Assembly (NCBI GenBank): GCA_040386535.1
Contig: JAZKFH010000047.1
Location: forward strand, 1-64,000
Length of the DNA stretch: 64,000 nt
Reading direction: 5' to 3'
Source: Myxococcota bacterium
GTDB taxonomy: Bacteria > Myxococcota_A > UBA796 > SXON01
The notes under the pieces were generated by a model that worked only from the letters and a program-made list of their open reading frames with translations, was not told the origin of the DNA and searched no databases. The position numbers were made by a program, and so were the translations under genes. Positions 29,401 to 37,043 of the stretch are shown one piece after another (position 1 is the stretch's first letter; the number at the start of each line of letters is the position of its first letter).

Positions 29401-29500
29401 GGCCGGACGGCGGGGCGAGATCCGGGCGGTGCTCTCGTGCGCCGAGGCGATCGCGTTCTGTCGCGCGGCCGCACGCCGTTGGACCCGCCCCGGGCACTGA
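26477..29500 (+). CDS. Ser/Thr kinase fused to a degenerate P-loop NTPase and helical repeats (paralog 1)
   Basis: VAVK, HRDLKPPN, DFG, GTPRYQAPE; GLRGAGRT; LLVDDAD. Confidence 0.88.
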   Translation: MSGTLAGRYLLLDHLGTGTAGTVYRAAEIGTGRLVAVKILGDASPQRAARLEREGRVLRELGILGVVRLLDEGEYEGRRFLVTELVDGLPFPSVDAPTTWEGLAPVVTRLFTILARVHAAGVLHRDLKPPNVLVDAAGVPTVLDFGLARFVSGDSGLTLTGDVLGTPRYQAPEQVLCNGPVDARADLYAVGVMIYEALSGRSPQPARSLGGLYSARLVRDPPPLRTVAPHVPAAVARIVDRLVARDPEDRPGSADAVLDDLAGVAPIRRAGHLPWLGEREAVARVVAAARAGRPIGVTGLRGAGRTRLLADVEEELGAAGVRTLRIPPGERPYESLAVGLDGGDGGAPTDPGDMDTRLEALRARLAAGDVLLVDDADRIDAWTATLLDSLDGAVIRVLDRSGSRTDGTGEDVHLGPLPAAALARLFARDDALDEHARFGGALLAARSAGLAARVAAEVGAWIAAGYARWSGDSLDVSDESLELLALGPPPDARTGRRASPDALSEAMVAALTWVTLAEPHATPALLATARGARRWEVEVELTALIEQGMVTRGDDGTFAARADLAGFVTGSDEERARAMAAVGHAFAPGVDGRLGALLAGEAWTAAAVEAERIGTRALDEGAFAVALAAARWGLRAAAASDTPVLTHELQALLVQAAVAVGTPAALACASTELRRAVGVDRAPGAAVLSAEASATRLDALRRQLLAGEDPATEVRDGLGATDPRDPRGAETPGERVARLVADGRRSAARGRIEHAAGLFGRAREECERPHEAWPLRLELAELLVEAGACTDAIAELAPIEAAAERHRLPLLAAYTRWIHRAAAYRTGGAIAEPGAEGAPTAATSGAADPAAAAPASPDLRAVAEAHALGVARLTARVCLTEAATAWRAGSYDEAARLARLAIAAAPGPTAVAVLARALEVAATDRGDPVEGRRLVADADALPDPAVGVQVRGLMALALPELGASFVADAEALGARAGRRGEIRAVLSCAEAIAFCRAAARRWTRPGH

Positions 29501-29559
29501 CGGCCCGGCGGACCTCCGCCCCTCTCCGTGCAGTACACTGCCGCAAGAGAGGGGGAAGG

Positions 29560-32500
29560 GTGGCGAACATCGGGTCCGACCGCGACGGAGAGGCGCCCGG
29601 CGTCCTCCTCGCCGGACGGTACAAGCTCCTCGAACCGCTGGGTTCGGGTGGCACCGGCGTGGTCTACAAGGCGGTGGACACGATCAACGACGAGGTCGTG
29701 GCCGTCAAGATCCTCAACCCGCTCACCACGTCCGCGGCCCTGCGCCAGCGGCGCGAGGTGCTGGCCCTGCGCGTGCTCCAGGCACCCGGCGTGGTGCGGT
29801 TCATCGACGAGGGCGTGGCCGAGGGGCGCCCCTTCATCGTGATGGAGCTCATCGACGGCGCGCCGTTCCCCGGAGGCGGCCAGCGTCACTGGGAGGACGT
29901 GGCGCCCCTCGCCATCTCGCTCCTGGAGAGCCTCGCGCGCGTGCACGCCAACGGTGTCATCCACCGCGATCTGAAGCCCGCCAACGTGCTGGTCACCCGC
30001 GCCGGCCGCCCGATCATCCTCGACTTCGGGCTTGCCCGTAGCGACAGCTTCGACCTCGCCATCACCCGCCCCGACTCCGTGGTCGGCACCCCCCGCTACC
30101 AGGCCCCCGAGCAGCTGGTCAACAGCCCCCTCGACGCGCGCACCGACCTGTACGCGGTGGGGCTCATGCTCTACGAGGTGCTCGCCGGGCGGCCCGCCCA
30201 CCCCCTCGACAGCGTGCAGGTGTTGTACGCGGCCCGCATCTGGAAGGACGCCCCGCCCCTGCAATGGGCCGCCACCCACGTGCCGCCCGAGGTGTGCCGG
30301 GTCATCGACCAGCTCCTCGCGCGGCTCCCGGAGGCGCGCCCCCGCTCGGCGACCGAGGTGGTGCAGGCGCTGCGCGGCCTCTCCGTCGAGGACCGCCGTG
30401 CCGCGTTCCCCTGGCTCGGCGCGGAGACGCCCATCCGCGCCGCGGTCGACGCCGCGCGGAGCCAACGCCCCTACGACATCCAGGGTGCGGCCGGATCCGG
30501 GCGGTCCCGGTGCCTGCAGGAGATCGCCACGGCGCTGGCCCGGGCGGGGCGGCGCTCCACGTGGACCACGCGGGGCAGCCGGCCCTACGAGAGCCTGCGG
30601 CCGGTCATCGGCGAGCCCGACACGGTGGAGACGCCCATCGGCGGCGCCGAGGCGGCCGACGGGGTCGACCCCGAGGACATCGCCATCACGCTCGAGCGTC
30701 GCCTCCGCGAGACGCTCGCGGGCGGCACCGTGGTGCTGGTCGACGACGCCGAGGACCTCGATCCGTGGTCGGCCGAGCTGCTCGATCGCGGCCGTACGAA
30801 CGGCGCCGTGATCCGCGCGTGGCGGTCTCCTCCGGGCGAGGCCCGCGCGCTGGTCCCGCTCACCGAGGCGGCGCTCCGACCGCTGTTCCACGGGCCCGAT
30901 CGGCTGCTCCACCTCCGCGAGGACGCCACGCACGCGCTCCTGGTCCGGACGGCCGGCCATCCCGCCCGGGTCGCGGCCGAGGTCGCGGCGTGGGTGGGGA
31001 GCGGCTACGCGACGTGGCGCGAGGGGCGGCTCGCGCTCGACCGCACCGCGCTCGATCGGCTCGAAGGCGGCGTGTCGGTGCAGGTCCCGCCCGCGCCGGC
31101 CGACGGCGGCGGCGGGGGGCTCAAGCCCGCCCTCGAGTCGATGCTGGCGTGGGTCACGCTCGCATGGCCCCACTCGACCCAGGCGCGCCTCCGCCAGGCC
31201 CACGGGTCCGGGTGGGAGGTCGACATGATGCTCAAGGAGCTCGAGCGCGTGGGCGCCGTCCGCCGCACGGAGGACGGTCGCTTCGAGCCCCGGTACGCCG
31301 CGCTCGCCCTCCACGAGTGGGGCCCGGAGCAGCGCCGGCTCGCGCACGCCGCGCTCGCCGCCACTCTCGATCCGGGCACGGTCGGCCGGTTCGCCCACCT
31401 CATCGGCGCGGGCGAACTCTCCAGCGCCGCCCACGAGGCCCGTCTCCTCGCGGGCCGCCTCGTGGCGGACGGCTACGTCGGGCGCGCCATCGGCGTGCTC
31501 TCCCAGGGGTTGTACGCCGCGCGCGAAGCCGGCGACATCGACGCCGAGGCCGCCCTGCTCGTCGAGGCCACACAGGCGGCGTTGGTCGACGGCGTCGCGG
31601 GCTCGATGAAGTACGTCCGCTACGAGCTCGGGCGCACGCACGGCCCGTTCGTCGCGCCGCTCGACACGCTGCTCCGCGCCGGGCTCGCCCAGGTGGCGGG
31701 TGACCTTCCCGAGCTCGAGGCGGCGCTGGGGGAGCTCCAGCCGTTCGACGATCCACGGCTGGAGGTGTGGCGGAAGGCGGTCCTGCTCTACCGCGGAATG
31801 CGCCAAGGACTCCCGGCGGCGTCCGCGCACGTGGACGAGTGCATGGCCTGGGCCGAGGCCTCGGGCAGCTCGTTCCTGCTCGGGCGCGTGCTCGGATGGA
31901 AGGGCCTGCTCCGATACGGGGAGGGCCGCTATGTCGAGGCCGCGGAGTGGCATCTCCGCGCGCTTCCGCTCAAGGAGGGCACGGCCGACCGCCTCTCCAC
32001 GACGATCAACGTGGCCTCGGCGTACCTGGAGGCCCAGCGCTTCGACGACGCCGCCCGTTGGGCGACCGAGGCCCTGGCCCTCGCGGCGCAACGGCGCAGC
32101 GTGTTGTTCGAGGCCCGGGTGACGTGGATCCTGCGCTGCGTGGACTACCGGACCGAGCGCCCGACCGCGCCGGACTTCGAACTGGTGGAGGCGATGGCGC
32201 TGGTGGGCGCGCCCGTCCTCTCGGCGAACGCCTGCTTCACCGAGGCCGCGATCGCGTGGCGGACCGGCGCGAACGAAGACGCCGCCCGGCTCGCCCGCAC
32301 GGCCGAGGCCCTCTGGTCGGCGCAAGGACTCGAGTCGAGTCGGATCATGGGCACGGCGCTCGCGTTGACCTGCGAGGGTGAGACCGCGCCCGAGCCATGG
32401 CGAACCGTCGCGGAGGCCGCTCTGGCCCTGCCGCCCGGAACGGCCGCCGCGCAGATGCTCGCGCTCGTGGCAAAGAGCGGCGTTGTCTGGGAAGCCGCGT

Positions 32501-32622
32501 GGTCCGAAAGGGTGGCCCGGTGCCTCGCGGCCGCGCCCTCGCCGGTGCCGTCGCAACGACGGTTGTTGCTTGCCGAGACCGAGATCGTGTCCTACTGTTC
32601 CGCGGCGGTCGGCCAAGCATAG
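29560..32622 (+). CDS. Ser/Thr kinase fused to a degenerate P-loop NTPase and TPR-like repeats (paralog 2)
   Basis: GTG start after a purine-rich SD; VAVK, HRDLKPAN, DFG, GTPRYQAPE; GAAGSGRS; VLVDDAE. Confidence 0.9.
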   Translation: MANIGSDRDGEAPGVLLAGRYKLLEPLGSGGTGVVYKAVDTINDEVVAVKILNPLTTSAALRQRREVLALRVLQAPGVVRFIDEGVAEGRPFIVMELIDGAPFPGGGQRHWEDVAPLAISLLESLARVHANGVIHRDLKPANVLVTRAGRPIILDFGLARSDSFDLAITRPDSVVGTPRYQAPEQLVNSPLDARTDLYAVGLMLYEVLAGRPAHPLDSVQVLYAARIWKDAPPLQWAATHVPPEVCRVIDQLLARLPEARPRSATEVVQALRGLSVEDRRAAFPWLGAETPIRAAVDAARSQRPYDIQGAAGSGRSRCLQEIATALARAGRRSTWTTRGSRPYESLRPVIGEPDTVETPIGGAEAADGVDPEDIAITLERRLRETLAGGTVVLVDDAEDLDPWSAELLDRGRTNGAVIRAWRSPPGEARALVPLTEAALRPLFHGPDRLLHLREDATHALLVRTAGHPARVAAEVAAWVGSGYATWREGRLALDRTALDRLEGGVSVQVPPAPADGGGGGLKPALESMLAWVTLAWPHSTQARLRQAHGSGWEVDMMLKELERVGAVRRTEDGRFEPRYAALALHEWGPEQRRLAHAALAATLDPGTVGRFAHLIGAGELSSAAHEARLLAGRLVADGYVGRAIGVLSQGLYAAREAGDIDAEAALLVEATQAALVDGVAGSMKYVRYELGRTHGPFVAPLDTLLRAGLAQVAGDLPELEAALGELQPFDDPRLEVWRKAVLLYRGMRQGLPAASAHVDECMAWAEASGSSFLLGRVLGWKGLLRYGEGRYVEAAEWHLRALPLKEGTADRLSTTINVASAYLEAQRFDDAARWATEALALAAQRRSVLFEARVTWILRCVDYRTERPTAPDFELVEAMALVGAPVLSANACFTEAAIAWRTGANEDAARLARTAEALWSAQGLESSRIMGTALALTCEGETAPEPWRTVAEAALALPPGTAAAQMLALVAKSGVVWEAAWSERVARCLAAAPSPVPSQRRLLLAETEIVSYCSAAVGQA

Positions 32623-32650
32623 ATAACGGGCCGGCCCAGGAGAAGTCCGC

Positions 32651-32977
32651 ATGCCCAATCCCTCCTACACCGATCCCGGTACCTACAACCTCCGAGACCT
32701 CGACACGGGCCTACTCGTGGCGAAGGTCCACGTAGAGATGTCCGCCGCCGATGTGGCCGGCGGGCGCGGATTCATCGTCCACTGGGCGATCCTGAAGTCC
32801 GCCTCGGGCGGCTGGGGCGCGTGGGTCAAGGCAACCCAGCAGGTGCCCAAGTCCTTCAAGTGGGAAGGCACCGGGGAGACCCTCCAGCAGTTCCTCGGCT
32901 GGATGCACGCGCCGGAGCGGAAGGACAACATCCGCTACATGTTCCAGGGCACCCGCGAGGTCGAGAACATCCCGTAG
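32651..32977 (+). CDS. Small hypothetical protein (108 aa)
   Basis: AGGAGA SD; strong GC3 codon bias; no signal peptide; no family recognised. Confidence 0.8.
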   Translation: MPNPSYTDPGTYNLRDLDTGLLVAKVHVEMSAADVAGGRGFIVHWAILKSASGGWGAWVKATQQVPKSFKWEGTGETLQQFLGWMHAPERKDNIRYMFQGTREVENIP

Positions 32978-32998
32978 CGATAGGCGTGCGCCGCCCGC

Positions 32999-33604
32999 TC
33001 ACTCCGCGAGCAGCGCGTCCACCGTGGCGTAGATCTCCGCCTTCCCGGGCTCCTTCGGGTCCGGGTAGGCGCGGATCCGCCCCGCCTTGTCGACCACCAC
33101 GAAGCGCTCGCCGTGCAGCACGGTGGCGGGCGCCGGGGTCGCTGTCCCGGCCGGGGCCTCCACCCGTTCGAGCATCATCTTGAACCCGTCGACCACCACC
33201 GGCTTGATCGTGTCGATCGGGCCGGTGAGGAACGACCACCGCGCCGGGTCGGCGCCGAAGCGCGCGCCGTACGCGGCGAGCACGGGCGGGGTGTCGGTGC
33301 CCGGGTCGACCGAAAATGACACGAGGCGCACGCCCGGATCGGGGCGGCCCGCGGCGGGCGCGTAGTGCGCCTGCACCTCGGCCATGTGGGTCGAGAGCAG
33401 GGGGCACACGTCGGGGCACGACGTGAAGATGAAGTCGGCCACCCACACCTTGCCGCGGAGGCTCTCCGTCGTGACCGGGGCGCCGGTGGCATCGGTGAGC
33501 GTGAAGGCCGGCACGGTCCCGAGCACGGGCAGCGGCTCTGCGGCGGGCTCCACCGCGGGACCGGAGACGGCGCAGGCGAGCAACCAGCCGATGACGACGA
33601 TCAC
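32999..33604 (-). CDS. SCO family copper chaperone
   Basis: FIFTSCPDVCP, FSVDP..DTP, conserved His (LHGERF); GTGA overlap with gshB. Confidence 0.9.
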   Translation of the reverse strand: MIVVIGWLLACAVSGPAVEPAAEPLPVLGTVPAFTLTDATGAPVTTESLRGKVWVADFIFTSCPDVCPLLSTHMAEVQAHYAPAAGRPDPGVRLVSFSVDPGTDTPPVLAAYGARFGADPARWSFLTGPIDTIKPVVVDGFKMMLERVEAPAGTATPAPATVLHGERFVVVDKAGRIRAYPDPKEPGKAEIYATVDALLAE

Positions 33605-34566
33605 GACGCCACGGCCCCCGCGCGCGCCTGGCCCCGAGGATGGAGGCGCACGGCGGCGTCGAGCAGGAGCGCCTCGAGCCGCACGCCGTCCAGGCGGTTG
33701 ATCTCCTGGATGCCGGTCGGCGAGGTGACGTTGATCTCGGTGAGCCAGCCGCCGATGACGTCGATGCCGACGAACACGAGGCCCTGCTCGCGGAGGCGCG
33801 GGCCGAGGCGGGCGCAGATCTCGCGGTCGCGCGCGTCGAGCGTGCTCGCGACGACCCGGGCCCCGGCGTGCATGTTTCCGCGGTGATCGTCCCCCGAGGG
33901 CACCCGCAACATCGCGCCCACCGGCTCGCCGTCGATCAGGATGATGCGCTTGTCGCCCTCGACGATCTCGGGGATGTACCGCTGGGCGAAGATGGCCTGG
34001 CGGCCCTCGGCGGTGAGCAGCTCGATCATCGAGCGGAGGTTCGCGTCGCGCGCGGAGGTCACGAGCACGCCGCGGCCGCCGTTGCCGTCCCACGGCTTGA
34101 TGACGATGCGCTCGTGCTCGTTGGCGAACGCGACGATGCGCTCGCGGTCCCGCGCGACCAGCGTGTCGACGCAGAGATCGGGGAAATCGAGGGTGTGGAG
34201 CTTCTCGTTGTAGGTGCGCACGGCCGAGGGCCGGTTGAGCACCAGCGTCTCGGACGCGACCCGCTCGAGGAGGTACGTCGCGAAGATGTACTCCATGTCG
34301 AAGGGGGGGTCCTTCCGCATCCACACCAGATCGAAGTCGCCGAGCTCCACGTCCTTGGCGCCCTCGCGCACGAAGTGGGGCGGGTCGGCCAGCGTCGTGA
34401 CCGCCTCAGCGCGCGCCCAGGTGCGCCCGCCGCGCACGTACAGGTCGTTCGGCACGCACCACGCCACGGGCCAGCCGCGCGCCGAGCTCTCGCGCATCAA
34501 CATGTAGGTCGAGTCGCCGGCGAGGTTGAGTCGCTCGAGCGGGTCCATGACGAACAACGATCGCAC
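33601..34566 (-). CDS. gshB: Glutathione synthetase
   Basis: FVMDP, MRKDPPFDMEY, KPWDGNGGRG, GDKRI, EINVTSPTG. Confidence 0.95.
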   Translation of the reverse strand: MRSLFVMDPLERLNLAGDSTYMLMRESSARGWPVAWCVPNDLYVRGGRTWARAEAVTTLADPPHFVREGAKDVELGDFDLVWMRKDPPFDMEYIFATYLLERVASETLVLNRPSAVRTYNEKLHTLDFPDLCVDTLVARDRERIVAFANEHERIVIKPWDGNGGRGVLVTSARDANLRSMIELLTAEGRQAIFAQRYIPEIVEGDKRIILIDGEPVGAMLRVPSGDDHRGNMHAGARVVASTLDARDREICARLGPRLREQGLVFVGIDVIGGWLTEINVTSPTGIQEINRLDGVRLEALLLDAAVRLHPRGQARAGAVAS

Positions 34567-34678
34567 CGTGGCTCCCGGGGGGTCGCTTCGTTTATCCGGT
34601 TCGCCCGAGGGGGGTCGGGCTCGGGTGCACGGATGACCGTTCGGCGCACGGGCCCGCGATCAGCCGGCGCCGTGTCCG

Positions 34679-36010
34679 CTACTTCCCGATGCAGAAGCGC
34701 GAGAACAGGCGATCGAGCACGGCTTCCCGCGTGTCCCGCCCCACCAGCACGTCCAGGCTGGCGAGCGCCTCGTAGACCCGCTCCACCGCGACCGCGGGCC
34801 CGCCCCCCTCGCGCAACGCCGCCGCCGCCGCCGCCGCGTTGGCGCCGAGCCGGGCGTAGGCATCCCGTTGTCGCTGGCTCGCGACGAGCCCCGCCACCTC
34901 GCCGGGATCCTCGCCGCGGAGGGCGCGCGGGAGGGCCGCCCGGAGCGCCTCGAGGCCGCCGCCCGTGGGGATGGCAACCTCGATGGCGTCCACGCTGTCG
35001 GGCAGGGCGAGCGCCCGGTGCAAGTCCGCGTGCGTCACGACGACCAGGTGCGGGCGGGCGGCGGTCCGCGCCAGGATGGCGGCGCCCACGTCATCGAGCG
35101 GGTGGTGCCCGGGGAGCACCACGAGGAGCAGGTCCGCCTCCTCGACCATCGCCGCGGCGAGCGCGAGCCCCGCGGCCTCGATGGGGTCGACCGCGTCGCG
35201 CTCGCCCGCGGTGTCGTAGAGGAGGACCCGCATCGTGTCGAGTGGCAGGGCGCTCTCGACCACGTCGCGGGTGGTGCCCGGCGTGGGGCTCACCAGCGCG
35301 CGGGTCCGCCCGAGCAGCGCGTTGAACAGGCTCGACTTGCCCGCGTTCACCGGCCCCACCAGGGCCACCTTCGCACCCTCTACCGCCACCAACCCCGCGC
35401 GATGGCCCGCCACCGCCGCCGCCGCGTCGGCCGCCACCACGTCCAGCCGGGCGGCCAACTCGGCGTCGGACGCCACGAGCAGGTCCTCGCCCGGGTAGTC
35501 GAGGATCGCCTCGAGCTCGGCCGCCACGTCGACCAGGGCGTCGCGTAGCGCGTCGATGCGCGCCGTCACCCGCCCGTCGAGCCCGGCACGCGCGACGGCG
35601 AGCCCCGCCGGCGACGTGGCCGCGATCGCTTGGAGCACGGCCTCCGCGCGCGTCAGGTCCATCCGCCCGTTGAGGAAGGCCCGCCGGGTGAACTCGCCGG
35701 GGGAGGCGGGGCGAGCGCCGCGCGCGCACAACGCTTCGAGCAGCCGCTCGACCAGCAGCGGGTTGCCGTGGCAGGAGATCTCCGCCACGTCCTCGCCCGT
35801 GTAGGAGATGGGGCCGGGCATCCAGGTCACCAGCCCGTCATCGAACACGCCGGCGGCGTCCCGCAGCCGCGCCAGCCGGACGGCCCGCGGGCGGGGGAGC
35901 GGGCCGCACACGGCCGTGATCAGCGGGGCGAGATCGGGCCCCGACACCCGCACGACCGCGATGGCGCCGAACCCCCAGGGGGTGGCGCACGCGCAGATCG
36001 GGTCGCGCAG
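34679..36010 (-). CDS. mnmE: tRNA modification GTPase MnmE (start codon uncertain, CTG proposed)
   Basis: DPICACATP.G.GAIAVVRVSG, SYTGED, GEFTRRAFLNG, GPVNAGKSS, GTTRD, DTAG, FSRFCIGK. Confidence 0.93.
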   Translation of the reverse strand: MRDPICACATPWGFGAIAVVRVSGPDLAPLITAVCGPLPRPRAVRLARLRDAAGVFDDGLVTWMPGPISYTGEDVAEISCHGNPLLVERLLEALCARGARPASPGEFTRRAFLNGRMDLTRAEAVLQAIAATSPAGLAVARAGLDGRVTARIDALRDALVDVAAELEAILDYPGEDLLVASDAELAARLDVVAADAAAAVAGHRAGLVAVEGAKVALVGPVNAGKSSLFNALLGRTRALVSPTPGTTRDVVESALPLDTMRVLLYDTAGERDAVDPIEAAGLALAAAMVEEADLLLVVLPGHHPLDDVGAAILARTAARPHLVVVTHADLHRALALPDSVDAIEVAIPTGGGLEALRAALPRALRGEDPGEVAGLVASQRQRDAYARLGANAAAAAAALREGGGPAVAVERVYEALASLDVLVGRDTREAVLDRLFSRFCIGK

Positions 36011-36025
36011 GGAGCGGGAGATGCC

Positions 36026-37033
36026 CTACTCGTCCTGCGGCGCCCGCTCGGAGGTGTACCGATCGTCGGCACCCCCGTCGTCGCCACCGGTGTCGTCGGC
36101 GCTGTGGATCTCGATGCGACGATCGTGGCCCTCGCCCACCGACCGCGAGCCGACGCCCTCGATGGCGGCGATCTCGACGTGCACGAGGCGACGGTCGTAG
36201 CTGTTCAGCTCGCGACGGATGGTCTCCGCCTCACCGGTCTCGAGCACCCGCGCGGCGATGTTGCGCGCGAGGCGCTTGAGCTCTTCCTCGTCGGCCTCGC
36301 TGCGGCGCGGGCGATCGTCGTCGCGGCGCGGGCCGCGGCGATCCCGATCGCGCCCGCCCCGATCGCCACCACGCGGCGGCCCGTCGCGGCGCTCGCCGCC
36401 GACCCGCGGCGCATCCCGCGTGTCGCGACGCTCGCCGCCCCCACGCTCGCCGCCCCGATCGCCTCCGCGGTCCCGGTCCCCACCACGATCGCCCCGGTCC
36501 CCACCGCGATCGCGATCGCCACCACGGTCGCCGCGGTCATCGCCGCGGTCGTCGCGACGCTCGCCCTCGACCTCGGCGGGCCGGATGATGTCGATGCGGA
36601 ACTGCGCGTTCGGGAAGCGGGCGCCCACCGACTCTTCGAGCAGGTACTGGAGCGCCTTGAGCGTCATGCCGCCGCGGCCCACGAGGTGGCGGCCGTCCTC
36701 ACCGGCGTCGACGTAGATGTTCACCGTGCCGTTGCGCAGCTCGGCGCGGACGGTGGCCGTGCGCTCCATCGACACGAGCAGGGCCTTCATCCACTCGTCG
36801 GCCGCCAGCACCGGGGCGAACTCGGCCGGGTCCTTGGACCAGGCGAAGATGCGCACCGTGTCGGCGCCGATGCCGGCGCCCTGGGCGCTCCGGAAGTGGG
36901 CGAGGTCGATCTTGTGCTCGACCAGGGCAACGGGCACGCCGAGCTCGGCAGCCGCCGCCTCGAGAGCGGCCCGGAGGCTCCGGCCCTCACTGGTGACGTG
37001 CTTTTCTGGGATGTTCGGGGGGGTGGACGACAT
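36026..37033 (-). CDS. jag: Jag/KhpB (Jag_N-KH-R3H) RNA-binding protein with an RG/RD-rich insert
   Basis: LVGRGGMTLKALQYL (KH); LNSYDRRLVH...SRSVGEG (R3H); lies between yidC and mnmE. Confidence 0.9.
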   Translation of the reverse strand: MSSTPPNIPEKHVTSEGRSLRAALEAAAAELGVPVALVEHKIDLAHFRSAQGAGIGADTVRIFAWSKDPAEFAPVLAADEWMKALLVSMERTATVRAELRNGTVNIYVDAGEDGRHLVGRGGMTLKALQYLLEESVGARFPNAQFRIDIIRPAEVEGERRDDRGDDRGDRGGDRDRGGDRGDRGGDRDRGGDRGGERGGGERRDTRDAPRVGGERRDGPPRGGDRGGRDRDRRGPRRDDDRPRRSEADEEELKRLARNIAARVLETGEAETIRRELNSYDRRLVHVEIAAIEGVGSRSVGEGHDRRIEIHSADDTGGDDGGADDRYTSERAPQDE

Positions 37034-37043
37034 TCCTCTCTCC

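Noticed and set aside
34567..34678. SRP or other ncRNA between mnmE and gshB
   Set aside because: A hairpin is possible but no SRP helix-8 motif or other family signature is visible
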